A DNA stretch of 64,000 nt from Camelus dromedarius (lineage: Eukaryota): contig NC_087444.1 in NCBI RefSeq assembly GCF_036321535.1, positions 18,476,001-18,540,000 on the forward strand. The letters are read 5' to 3'. The notes beneath the pieces were generated by a model. It ran no database searches, had not been told where the DNA came from, and saw nothing but the letters and a program-made list of their open reading frames with translations. This document shows, piece by piece, positions 51,700-64,000 of this stretch; position 1 is the first letter of the stretch, and each line of letters begins with the position of its first letter. The position numbers were made by a program, and so were the translations under genes.

Positions 51700-52320
51700 G
51701 AATTACTATAGCCCATTATGTAGTATTCTGGCCAGAAATGGATAACCTGAATCTAATTGTGAATGAACATGTGCTAAGGATAAATGACAAGCCTAAAATG
51801 AGGAGCACTCTATTATTTAAAAAAAAAAAAGTTTGGATTCTTCAAAAATATCAAAGGCAAAAAAAGGCTAAGGAACTGTTGCAGATTAATGGAGACTAAA
51901 GAGACATAACAATATACAATTCTAAACTGGATCTTATACCAGAGGGGAAAAGATGGTGAGAAAGACATTATTGGATTTATTGACAAATTTGGACTCTGGA
52001 TGGTAGATAAAAGTATTTTATTAATGTTATGTTTCTTGGAATTGGTAATTAAATGTATTGTGTATGTAAGAGAATGTACTTATTCTTAGGATATTCAAGT
52101 AGAAAGGGATAAAGAGGCATGATGTATGCAATTTACTTTCAAATGGTCAGAAAAAAATGTGTGTGTAATCGATCTATCTACTGGGCTTAGAATGCAAATG
52201 TTAAAGCAACAGGGGTGAAATGTTAATAAGTGAATCTGAGTAAAGGGTATATGGGTGCTCTTTTAATTAATTTTACCATTTTTGTATACATTTGAAATTA
52301 TTTCCAAATAAAAAGTTTTT
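51700..52320 (+). mobile_element. L1MC-type 3' end
   Basis: acctgaatctaatt...ggagactaaagagacat...aaagacattattgg...tttgaaattatttccaaataaaaagtt. Confidence 0.75.
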
Positions 52321-52811
52321 TGGAGTCTAGATTAAAAAAAAAATCAGTGAGGATTCACTCCTGTTGGTTCAAAGGATTTTCCCACACTGGGCCTCCTATC
52401 CTTTACTTCAGATATTCACTCTCACCTGGTTTTCCCAGTTTTACAACTGTTGGCTTCTACTTGAATTCTCTATTTCCTCTTGGTCCCTTGGATTCACTAC
52501 TTGTTTGGATAGTTTGCCTAGCTCTTTGACTCGGTTTATCTCAAGACACAGCCTTTTGGTCAGCTTCTCCTATGTGGCCTTGAGCACTGCAGCTCCCTGG
52601 CAAGTGACTTCCTGCCTATGACACCTGACTTTAGGCTCCAGACCCTAAAGGGATGACACGCCCTAGACGAGATTTCAATGCTTCCAAGTGACAACAGCTC
52701 CAACTCCCTCTCTAGCTGTCCTGACTTTGTCTGGGAGGAAACAGTTTACGTATCTGCCCTCTTCTCTCCATGTTCCCTGCTTGATCAAACCCTCATCATA
52801 GTTTTCCTTCT

Positions 52812-53052
52812 TTCTTTTTTTTCTTTAACGAAGATAGTTTGCAATGTTGCATCAATTTCTGGTATACAGCATAACGTTTAAGTCATACATATACATACAT
52901 ATATTCCTTTTCATATTCTTTTTCATTATAGGGTACTACAAGATACTGAATGTAGTTCCCTGTGCTATACAGTAGAAACTTTTTGTTTATTTTATATATA
53001 GCAGTTAGTATCCGCAAATCTCGAAGTCCCAATTTATCCCTTCCCATCCCCT
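52812..53052 (-). mobile_element. Cetartiodactyl/camelid L1 3' end
   Basis: catatattccttttcatattctttttcattatag...gttccctgtgctatacagtag. Confidence 0.85.
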
Positions 53053-53451
53053 TTCTAATTAAGCTCTCTTTCTCTTGTCTTCTGCCTCTCCAGCCAGCCA
53101 CCAGTTCTCTCTTTAGAGAGAAGATTCCCTCATATTACCTGTCTGATGAAACCTCTAATAGCTCTTCATTGTCTTTGAAAATCTGACTCAACCTACCTTA
53201 CTAATTCCAAATCCTGCCACTTCTTGGCTGATTCGTAAGCCACAACAGACCATGCCTTTTCTCCTTTGTATCTTTAATTTCTAACATAGTGCCTGGCATA
53301 CAGGATACTTAATAGATATGTGTTGAACAGACAAAGGAACTCCAGTTACATTAAACTTTGAAACATCTTTGACCATACCATGTTTAAATATCACCTTCTC
53401 TGAAGATCTTCCCTAATTCTGTCATTCAAATCTTACATATGTCTCCATGCG

Positions 53452-53675
53452 TTTTTTAAAAAAATTTTACTGAAGTATAGTTGATTTACAATGCTAGTTT
53501 CAGGTGTACAGCAAAGTCATTCAGTTATACATATACATATTTTTTGTTTTCAGATTCTTTTCCATTATATGTTATTACAAGAAATTGAATATAGTTCCCT
53601 GTGCCATACAGTAGGTCCTTGTTGTTTATCTACTTTATAGATAGTAGTATGTGTTTGTTAATCCCCAATCCCTCC
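53452..53675 (-). mobile_element. Cetartiodactyl L1 3' end
   Basis: actgaagtatagttgatttacaatg...gttccctgtgccatacagtaggtcc. Confidence 0.85.
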
Positions 53676-55260
53676 ATGCATTTTTTTTTCTCACTAGACT
53701 GTAAGCTCTCTGAGGGAAAAGACCATGTCTTATTCATTTTGCTTCTGATCCAGTGTCTAGCAGAGTGCCTGGCATCAAGAAGGCACACAATTGGTTGGGT
53801 GGATGAATGAATAATGTTAAGAGAGGGGAAAATACTAGATTTTAAGAAGGTCTCTATGTAGTGAGACACTCTGACGAAATGACCTAAGAACAACGAAGAC
53901 AGACATCAACAATTATAAATAAGGTACAAGAAGTAAATTAAGTAGTCAAGTGATGATGCAGAACTGAGCACCTAGAATAAAGTGGGGGTCAATCAGGAAA
54001 GGCTCCCTAAAGTGGAATTTTGAGATGTGTTTGAAAAGAAGAAAGGGACAGAACTTGGGAGAGTAGGAGCTTAGAAGCCTGTCACAAGAGTTGGGTAGAA
54101 CCAGGGTATGGTAAGCAATTAGCATCTTTGAAGCCTGCTTTTCCAGCAGGGTATGTTCCACCCCAGAGCACTAGTTCTGGCTTTTCCCTTGCTCCACAGG
54201 CACACATGCTCACCTGCTCTCCATGTTGTGATGTTTCCCAGGTCAGCCCAGTGTAGGACTTTATGTTCTCTAAGTTCCTGTGAAAATAAGCAAACAAAAC
54301 TGTCCTGTGGGATTGAACACTTTTGCTAACCCAGGTCCTCTAGGGAAATAAACTTCCCTGTTCCCAATAAAATAGAATCATTCCCAGTGCTAAACAAAGG
54401 GAGAAACCCAAAGGTGGTATGACCATTTTAGCATATCTTCACAAAAATGATCTCTTTGATCCCAAGAGGTCAAAGATATATGAATGAGATCTGAGAAATA
54501 TAACTTGATAGCAGAATCTTATCTTAAACACATGTTCCCTCTCCTTAAAGAGTATGTGCAGATATCCATGGTGCTGCACAGCCACTTTCTAGGGCTCAGA
54601 TCCTTGCTGCTTCTAGCACCTGCAGGATGGGAAAAAAATTAATATACTGCTTATAAAACTTTCCCACTTGAGGAATCAGAGTCTTTTACTCAGTGAGTGG
54701 CATGTCTGAAGTCTTCCAGAATCTCTTGGCCCTGGGAGATTGCAACTGTCTTTCTTATTAGGATAACCTAGTTTTCAAGCAGTGTCTTACTTTTTTTCAG
54801 AATGTTGTGTGCCCAACGCATTCCATTTCCTGAATACCTGGCTTTACTATCTCCTGGTAGACGCAAGAAAATTATGGTAGTATAAGCTCACTGCAGGTTT
54901 TGAGGGGTTGGGTTCAGAGCACTGCTACTCTTTCTCACCTCCTAATACAAACCCAGGGCCCCAAGGCGGCAATGGGAGAGTACCCTAAGGGGGCTTCTAA
55001 TGTGCTTGGAGGCTTAAGGATCCCAAACGCGGCTGTCACTCAGCTAGACCGTCTCCGGAAGGCAACGAAACATTAAAGCCTAAACCTAGGTGATTTTTCA
55101 CCAGCAGGGGGCTTCCCGGGAAGGCACTGCCTCCCCGCGCGCTGCCCAATCTCTGGGGGTGTCACACTAGCGGCTGGTGATGTCACACTGGCGGGGATGA
55201 CATTTTAAAGCTGGACCCCACACTGCCACCAAGCACCTTTAAATCACCGCGAAGTCGACC

Positions 55261-55392
55261 GTGCGGAGGGGGCGGGGAATCCGACCCCCGCCCTCGATCC
55301 ACGCTGGCTCCCCACGGAGGCCCACCCACTCCCAGTCCCATCAGTACTATGCGTTCGTCTTAACCCACCGGCTCTCCGGCACTTCCGCCTCA
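55261..55392 (+). other. HIPK1: HIPK1 non-coding first exon 1a (5' end approximate)
   Basis: gtgcggagggggcgg...cgatccacgctggctcc...cagtactatgcg...cacttccgcctca|gtaggt matches the recalled human HIPK1 leader ending ...CACTTCCGCCTCA before exon 2 (GTATGGCATC). Confidence 0.75.
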
Positions 55393-55479
55393 GTAGGTGT
55401 CATGGCGCGGGGCGGGGGACTAGTTCCCGCGAGGCGGGGCCGGCCGGATAGGGGCGGCTGCTCGGCGCTCAGCTCGTCG

Positions 55480-55797
55480 GGTCTGGCGACAACGGCGGCT
55501 GCGGAGCAAGGGGCCGGGTGGTGGCCCCGGACGGCAGCGGGAGGCCGAGGCGGGAGCGCGCGGGGCTGAGGCGGCGGCGGCGGCGGCGGCGAGGGGCCGG
55601 GCGGCGGAGCGGGCGGGAGGCTGAGGGGGCTCCCCCCGCGGGACGGGCGCGGGGACGGCTCCGGGGGGCAGGGGCCGGGGCCCGGGCCGGCTCGCGCGGG
55701 GGGTATGATGACCCGGCGGCGGGGCCCCGGATCTCGTCTCCTCCGCCGCCTCCTCACGGCAGCCCCAGCTCGCGGCTGAGAACCAGACACACCGGCG
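55480..55797 (+). other. HIPK1: HIPK1 candidate alternative first exon 1b (5' end approximate)
   Basis: Strong donor GCG|gtgagt at 55798 within the CpG island. Confidence 0.6.
55570..55590 (+). repeat. (GGC)7 trinucleotide repeat
   Basis: ggcggcggcggcggcggcggc. Confidence 0.95.
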
Positions 55798-58700
55798 GTG
55801 AGTTGCGGCGGGCGGGCGGGCAGGGGCCGCGGCGGGGAGCGACCTCTCATAGACTCCCCGAGGAGGGGCTGGGCCGGCTGCGGGCTCTCCGGGTCGCCCG
55901 GCCTGCGGGGGGCGCCTCCTTCAGCGGCCCCCACCTGGGACCCGGCCGCTCCCGGCTGCGGAGAGGATGGCGTTCCCAGGAAAGTGGGGAGGCTCGGGGT
56001 TTGTTTTCGGGGCAACTCCCCCAGTCTCCTGCCACTTCTTTCCTGGGCGTGTTGTTGTCCTTAGATGACAGGGGGCCGCTTGGCGTCTCCTCGCCCCGCC
56101 AGTTTTTTCCCGGCTGTCGTGGCGGGTTCCCAGTGTGGCTGGTGCGTGTAGATTTCACAGCCCCTCTTAGCGCCATGGTTTTCGGTTATTTGTGCTGTTG
56201 GGGACCAGGAAGCGGTGTCTGGAGAGGACGGCGGCGGTGGGGTGGGTGTGGAAGCCTTCTCATCCTCTTCGCTCCTGTTCTTTAATCGTTAGGTTTGTAA
56301 ATTGTAATGATGGTTGGAGACTACGTGGGACCGGCCCACCTAGTGTACATCTGTGCAAGGCAGATCTAGAGGTCTGGCTCAAAGGGAAACTTTTGCTGTC
56401 TGTCGCCACTTTTCCAAAGCTTTCGTTTAAAAAAAAAGGGGGGGGGGTGAGGAAACAACCAAAACTCTTGGGTAAGCCCTCCCCGCCCCCCCCGCCCCCT
56501 CAGTTCACAGGTTTGTGGGAAAGAGGCTCTTTTTGTGCCTAGCAACCAAGACCTGGGGCTCGGTTTCCAGGAGCGCTGGTGTAACCTCCAGTTTGTTGTG
56601 GTGACAAACCGTGAGCTTTGGCCTGTGTTTATGCTGGGCGCGCTTTCTTTCCTGTTAAGGTGGGGGCAGGAGGAGGGGCTAGAGAAGGGGAAAAAAACAA
56701 CCCCAAGTTCCAGTGTGTCTTTCCTCCACTTAAACCACTGACTCAGTTGTAGATACTCATTTTGAGGCAGCCCTAGATGCTTTTTCTTAGTGACACTTTA
56801 GGAATTTTCAATAATTGCATCAAAATATTAGTTTCGACCATAGACTCTTGTGCCCAATCTGTCCTTTATCTTATTTGTTTCCTAGTAACTGATGAAAACA
56901 GCAGCATGGCTGACTGCTTCTGATGAAGAGGGGTTAAATTAAGTGGCTGATGCCCTCAACAAAACCTACAATTTTGCTCTTGTTTGTGTAAAGCTATTTT
57001 TGATTCCTGGTCTGTAGTGTTTTGGTTTTTTTCTTAAGATTATAGAGAATGCATATCATTACTAGCTCTTTTCGTTTGTAGGTCTAAGGCTTTCTGTAAA
57101 ACGTTTAAAAATCTAGCAAGTCATTTTATCTAATAGTTGTTAATTCAGCTGGTGATTTTGTATATACATGTAATCATCTCAGGGTTCAGTGTTGGAAAAA
57201 GACTGCTATGATGGTATGATGGGGGTTATCATTGACTTTAAAATACTGTTCCTGGCTTGAAGGATATTTTGGTAAAGTACTTGTGGTTGGAACTGGAGGC
57301 AGCCAAGCCAGTAAAGAGCAGCAGACGAGTGAAATGGTGAATAAGATCTTGTAAATATACTGCCTCTGGTTAGTAAGTACTACTTTTGCTGGTGATAGCT
57401 TCATGAATAGTTCATCCTGTCTTTGGACATTGTAGTTTTATGGGTTGCAAAGCAAGCACATTGGTAACTTGAGGTTTAAAACCAAACTGGGACTCTCTCC
57501 TAAAAGAAAAGAAGATAATCTCAAGGTTCACAATTCTCTGGAAAACAGAATTCTTTTATTCTGTGGTTTTGTTTTCATAAGCACAGTTTAGTCAGTGGTT
57601 GGGTTAGTAGAAATTAGTGAGCCAAACCTGTCCTATAAGCTTCTTACACTTGGAACTTGTGCAACTTGTTGTTAGTTACATATTGTAACTGGTCCTTTTG
57701 TAATTTGAAGTAATTTTGCAAAGATGAACTTCCTTATCTGCCCTTTTATTTTCATTTTCATGACTATATAAAGCAATCCTTTTTTTCAAAGTTGCAATTA
57801 TTAATTCCTCCCCAGTTTCTTTCTTTACATTTCATGCCATTCTGAACACAAGTCATCAAAATAATTTTTCTATCATACCACTTCAACAATCACTGATTTG
57901 CTTTTCGGTTCCTTTTTTGTTTTTGTTTTTTGTTCCTAATCTCCCAGCTTCCTAAATGCCTATGTATTTTGGTAGAGCATAATTTGACACTTAAAAAAAA
58001 AATTACATCCTGTTTTTGTATTTTTCTTTTTTGTGTGTCATATCACCTCAGCAACATTCTGAGTTCTTTGAAGATAGGAAAACTTATGTGTATTTCTTTT
58101 GGATTCTTCAAGGGCACCTGGTACAGTGCTTTCCCACTGTGCTTAATGAAAAAGAATCAGAAACCCTGAATCATTTGCCAACAGTACTACTCACCAGCTC
58201 TGTGTGAAACTTATTTGACTTTCTTGTGTCTACTGTTTTTCATCTTGGAATTAGGGGGTTTTAGAATCTCTTAAGATACATTTTAGCTGTAAGAATCCCT
58301 GTACTTTTTTGCCAATATATCTTCTGCTCCAATCAAATACATCTTACTCTAAACATGTTTCAGTTTTCCACATCCCCTGATATACTGGCAGAAGTTATCT
58401 CATTCATCTGTAAGTGCTGCTTCTACCTTCCCTCTGCCAAACTGTTGTTACCTTACTTAAGTCTTGTTTTCCTTAGGCCTTTTCTGGCTGATCTGAACAG
58501 GTCCTCTCTTAGTGTTTTTGTTTCATATTGACCTATCCTTTGTTAATTTGTCACTTTTCTTATGCTGGAAACTCCTCGAGATATAATTTTCTTTATTCTA
58601 AACTTTATACACCTTGTAGACTGTCCTGTGCACATGCTAAGAAAGTACCATTTTACCAGACACAGAAGCGCCTGTTTTTCTTTTGTTCTGTTGCTGTAGA

Positions 58701-59329
58701 TTAGTCATTCCAAATAAATCTAAGAGAACTGTTGAAATTTAGGGGAAAAACATCCTGCCTAGGGAAAGCACCCCTCAGCCAGTGTACCAAAATATTACAA
58801 AATTGGTTAAAATGGCTGGAAATTATATAGAATTGTAGAGTTACTCCTTTGTCAACTAAGGCTACATTTTCCACACCCTGTTTTTGCGAACTAGTTGGGG
58901 AACTGGCTTGTTTCACTTGGTTCCATATGAAGGAAGTGCTACAGGAAAGAGGGTGGGGGACTTTGATTCAAGTGCTGTCCTTAGAGTTTCAAGCTTATTT
59001 TTTCCTTCTGGATCGCTATACTTAGAAAGGTGGTCTCTTGTAGACAAGAGACTCTAATTTCTATCTTGACATGTGAGCATTTCTCTAATTTAAGTCAGGC
59101 TGACTTCTGAGGTTCCTTTACATGCATGTGTGGAGAAGTAATGTGATCCTGTTATAGTCATTCATTTTAGCAAACGTTTGACACATGCTGTATGCCAGCC
59201 GTTGTGATGAATGCTGGTAATACACACACACACACGAAAAATACCTACTCTGCCATCTAGAATTACCCTCAGAGAACTGGCAGTTTTGAAGTCAACTTGT
59301 AAATAAATAATTACAAATAGTCATACTTA

Positions 59330-59815
59330 GAATAAAATTCAGAGTGGCCTGCAAGTCAGTATGTGATCTGGCCCTTGTCTGCCTCTTTGGGCCCTGCTTC
59401 TACTATATTTTCCCTTGTTTGATTCCATCCATACTGGTCTCTTTTTCAAATAGGCCAAGAATGTATCTTGGCACTATTTCTTTTGCTGAAATGGCCCCTT
59501 CTTGTCAAGTAGGTCTCAGCTTTAAGTGCCACCATCCTACAGTGCCTTCCCTGACCACCAAATCCAGAGTATCTCTCATCCTCCCACCATCTCTATCATA
59601 TCACTGTGTTTGTTTTCATTATAACCTTTATCACTAGCTGCTGTTTTCTTGGGTGAGGGGACGTGTTTGTCTCCCCAATAGAAAGTAAACTCCAGAAGAT
59701 AAAGGATCTTGTCCATCTGGAACACCATTGCTATCACTGGGCTCTAGAACAGTGCCAGGCAGACATACTGGGTGCTCGGTGTAAGTTAAATGAATAAATG
59801 AAATCAGTAAGCACA
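59330..59815 (+). mobile_element. L2 3' portion in HIPK1 intron 1
   Basis: tgtgatctggcccttgtctgcc...gccttccctgaccacc...gggctctagaacagtgccaggc...aatgaataaatgaa. Confidence 0.7.
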
Positions 59816-62800
59816 AGTGTGGTAAGTGCTAGGAAGTAGTAGAGGATGCTGTGGGTGCCTTTATCAGGAACCTTAGCCTAGTACAAGCTGGTCTGGAGAA
59901 AGCTTCCCTAGGTGTGTTTGTCAGCGTAGGGCTGACTAAACAGTAATCTAGCTGAAGGAAAATCGTTTTTCTCTCATGTAACAGCCTGAACTAAATGTTC
60001 CAGGTCGAAGTGAGCGCTCCTGGTGGGCAGCTCTACGTGATCATTCAGGCTTCCATGTTCTTTCCATCTGGCTGCTCTGCCATCCCTTGGGTGTTATCTC
60101 ATGGTGGAAACTGGGTCTCTATGGGTTCCTGCTGGTGGAAAGGGAAAGGAACACCAAAGGCTGGTACATCACTTTCTGTTGGAGAGAGATGGCTAAATGT
60201 AGTCTAATCGCGTGCCTGGGATGGAGGGAGTAGATTTTGATCCAGACCAACGGCCTGTGTGCTGCACTGAAAAAGTAAGCTGTAGGCAGAGGCCAAAAGG
60301 ATAAGTAGTGGTTAGAAGAAGCGAAGGCTTAGACGGTAAAATGAGGTTCTGAGAGAGGACATTCTATGTGAAGGAACTGAAGCGGAGAAATCAAGGCCTA
60401 CTCTAGACCCAGAGACATTTAGTACCACTGAAAGAGAGAGTGCCTGGGGGAGAAAGACTAAAAAAACAATCAGAGTTGAGATCTTACAAAGTCTGACAAT
60501 GCAAGTTAGAGACTTTGGACTTTATCCTAAGGTTGTAAATGGGGGAATAGTTATACATTTTTAAAAGCTTCAGTTGTTAAGGTGAAGAATGAATTGGGAG
60601 AAGGGAGCTTAAAAAGGAGCTTGAGTGTACCAGGTGAGGGAGACAAGTTAGGCTATTGAAGTAAATAGTCCGGGATTGTGCGGTAAGGGTGGAATGAGAA
60701 GAGATTTGGTGTTCCAGTGAAAGCATTACCCAACCTTAGCTTCCTTTATTTTTACACAATGTGTGTTCTTATTTACCCACTTTAATGATATGCATACGCT
60801 TTATATATCACTGTGATGGAAAATATGTACATCTGTGTACATGTCAGTCAAGGACAAGTGCTAGAGGAAGAAATCAATATACAGTACTGATTTTAGGTTA
60901 TTTAGGTCACCAATTGTTTAATTGATCAAAAGGGCAAAGATGTCACCAAGCAGAAGCAGTAGAAATTTGTTTTTGTTGTGTCAGGGGGAAAGAGGAAAGT
61001 TACTAAAGACTAAGGGCAAAACATTGTCAGATGATTACCTTGGTTGTCAAATCTAACTGTTTCATTCATAGTTGTAATATTTGAATTCTTTATAGTAAGA
61101 TTATCTACCTGTAGTGCCCATAGGGTGAGGCACCCAGTAAATGTTGTTAAATAGTTGTGACCATGGCAGGGAGTGGAGAGGCTGTTAATTTGACTGTTTT
61201 TGAAAGCCTTGGATTCTAGAAAAATTCAATTCTTTTTTTAGCAGTACGTAAGTACCAGTTGCCTTTTGTCTATTCTAGTTTAGGATTAATGCAGTTGGCA
61301 AATTTGTCATTTTATTTATATGGTTAAATCCTTAGAAAGTCAAGTTTGAAATGAAAAGACGAGTATATTGCTGGAGTCAAAAGGTGCAACATTTTCAGGA
61401 GTTTAGCTTTTAGTTTATTGGGAGCTATTCTTACGTGAATTGAAAATACGTGTAATTTGCTTAACAGAATCTGATACGTAGTAAGTTTTTCACAGATGTT
61501 AATTCTGTTCCATATTTTTGTTTGAGAAGTCTCAGCCTAGGAAGAAAAGTGTCTCCCCATTTGCAAAGCAAATTTTATGGAACATAGTATCTTTGTTTTG
61601 TGCCTAGAAATGTCTGTTTTTTAGCTGAATTTCAGAGTGTTACATAAGTCAGAGAGTTGATTTTTCTAGGCAATTTTGATTCCGTATTTTCTTCTCACCT
61701 AGTGCTAGTTGAGGTCAGGATGAGTCTTAGCCACACTGTAAGAGTCCTAGTGGCATGACATTGACTTAAGGACCACACAGCCTTGCTGGGGGGAAGGCCA
61801 ATGAAATTCTGGATTCTTTCCCTTGTGGTAGACTTAAGCTTGTCATTAAGAATTATATTCATTTATATACTTAAACTTTCAGATCAGTCTTCTAGAACTA
61901 GTGCTTTTTGCAGTGCTCAGTGTGAAGATTTTAAGCCATTAGTATCTATTATTTTGTTCATTGGGTGAAAAGTTGTCAGTAACATTCCTCTGGTAAATGC
62001 AGTATTTTTAAAAAGTGTCTAGTTATGATCATACTTTAAAAATTTGGTATTACACTTAATGAATTCTTTTCAGTTTTATTACTTTGAGCCTCCGTATTCC
62101 TAGACATAGCTACACACTGCAAATTTTGTATTCAAATTCTTTTACTAAATACTTTTAGGTACATAAAGGTTGTGCTTGTGTTTTTTGATAGATTGTTAAA
62201 ATTAGTAACTCACCAGATACGGAAAACAAATTTGAAAAATCTGCTTACTTTCACTGTTCAAAAATTGACTTGATTTTATGATAAATATTTTTGCATGTAT
62301 TTTGTAAAGGCACTACTTGATTTCAGTTTTTCCTTTATTATAATTTGATATTATGTCAGTGATATAGGTAGAACAAGATGATTTGTAAATTTGTAAACTA
62401 GGAGTTAAATTGCAGTAACTTTATCTTTTAATTTACACTTTTTTACCCTCCAGGTTCATGTAAATTATGGAAACTCTTGTTTAAAGTAAATCCAGAGCAC
62501 ATTTTAAAATGGAAAGTTTAGGATTTGTTCTTCCTTCCAGCTATTTGGTCCAGTGCAGATGGTTATTAGTTGCATTCAGGCACGAAGAGATGTATACTTT
62601 TGCTTTTTTATGTTCTGTAACATCCCTTGTCATGTTTCCTTCCTTTCTGGTTGTGTGTATTTATTCTCTTATGACTAACAAAGTTATACTGTATGTACTA
62701 GAGTGGAGACTTCCCCCCTATCTCAAGGGCCAAGTGGATAAAAGAGAGGGACTTAAGAAAACAAAACAAGCATTTGAAAATCTTGCACTTTATAACATGA

Positions 62801-64000
62801 GTAGTAGGAGGTAGACTTGAGGTTGGTAGGCAGGGGTCAAAACACCCTGAGTGTCTGCCTGTATATTGCCAGAATCTGTGGTAGATTCTGGCAATATAAG
62901 CAAAAGAACAAGACAGGTATGGTACCTGCCCTCCTGGAAATTTTACTGTAGCTGGAAATGTAACATTACATGTAACATTCATGTTATAAGGTAGGTACAC
63001 AGTATTATGGGAGTGCATGGTGGGGGAGGGGCGGCACTGGTGGTGGTGATTGTGGAGAGTGTATTTTATGCGTGCGAGACTTGGGAAACAGTTTTCCTAG
63101 CAGAAAGTCTTCTACATGTTAGAGGGCCTTCCAGGAACTGAAAGAAGGGCAGTATGGCTGGAATGGAGGAATTGAGGTGGGGAGATTTTAGGACACAGCA
63201 ACCCTTATTTGGTGAGCTTTTTAAGGCAGGTTTAGGATTTTGGATTTTATCCCCAAAGCAGTGAAAAACCCTGGAGGCAGAGGGAGGGAGGTGGTTCAGA
63301 AAGAGCGGTCCTCTGATTTACATAGTTTAAAAACAAAGATCCCCTGAGTGCATTCGAGATGAGTTGGGAGGCTACTGGCAGTTTGAACTAGAAAAATTCC
63401 AATAAGGGTAGAGAAAAATGGCTGATTTGAAACATGCTTAGGAGGTAGAATGATAAAATTTGGTTATAGATTAGATATGGGGGATTAAGGGAGAGGAATA
63501 AGGGAGGGGAATGAGTCAGGATAATAATATTAAATGAGTTCTAGGCACTAAGCACGTCACATGTATTAAATCATTCTCAGAATAACCCTCTAAGGTAGGT
63601 ATTGCTGTCACCATTTTACAAATGAGGGAACTGAGACTCATTTCCTCCTTGTTTTTTGGCTTGAGGTTTTAGATGTATGGTGGTCCATAATTGAGGTAGG
63701 AAACTGGGCGTGGGGTGGAGGCTTCAAAAGTATAATATTGGACATGTTGCATTTGAGATGTGTGTAAGTTAATGTGTGGAGTGGTCATTTGTAAATAAGG
63801 CTTTGGAGTTCAAGAGAAGTCCGGGTTAGAGAGAGATTTGAGAATTTTTCGCAGATGACCAGTTCTGGGAAGTAGTTATTGAAAAGGGGGAAGTGTGGAG
63901 CAAGAGAAGAGGGATTACTGTGGAGCCCCAAGGCATCTGAAGGTTGTATGGTTGAGAAGGGGGAAGATAAATATGAAATGGCTTGTATGCTATGGTAAAT

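Larger units (their letters stand above)
55030..56260. promoter_or_regulatory. HIPK1: HIPK1 CpG island / promoter
   Basis: Very high GC and CpG content; syntenic position after DCLRE1B; exon 1a resembles the recalled human HIPK1 5'UTR. Confidence 0.85.

Noticed and set aside
55347-56285. 222-aa minus and 255-aa plus ORFs as independent genes
   Set aside because: GC-rich low-complexity frames. Only the plus-strand part up to the donor at 55797 is kept as a hypothesis.

Overview
Mammalian genomic window, most likely a camelid (alpaca/llama/camel), judged from six copies of a tRNA-Ala-derived SINE matching the Camelidae vic-1 family. It holds the conserved PTPN22-BCL2L15-AP4B1-DCLRE1B-HIPK1 block. 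The parts are: PTPN22 coding exon 1 and ~8.3 kb of intron 1 (minus); complete BCL2L15 (4 exons, 163 aa, minus); complete AP4B1 (10 coding exons, 738 aa, minus, with a 140-N gap inside exon 2 that preserves exon length); complete DCLRE1B/Apollo (4 exons, 539 aa, plus, head-to-head with AP4B1); and the HIPK1 CpG-island promoter with two candidate first exons (coding exon 2 lies beyond the window). Every exon boundary was traced by hand to GT-AG sites, and exon lengths sum to intact frames. The rest is mostly L1, L2, MIR, hAT/Tigger MITEs and LTR remnants. No wholly new system is demonstrable from sequence alone. The best leads are: a Cys/His-rich frame filling BCL2L15 intron 1 with in-frame alternative acceptors; a possible GUG-initiated in-frame N-terminal extension of HIPK1; chained uORFs in the PTPN22 and DCLRE1B leaders; and a non-repetitive 8.7-11.3 kb block upstream of PTPN22 with strong unexplained splice signals on both strands and a long nearly-open frame. 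Gene names and human comparisons rest on recalled human sequences, not on a database search.
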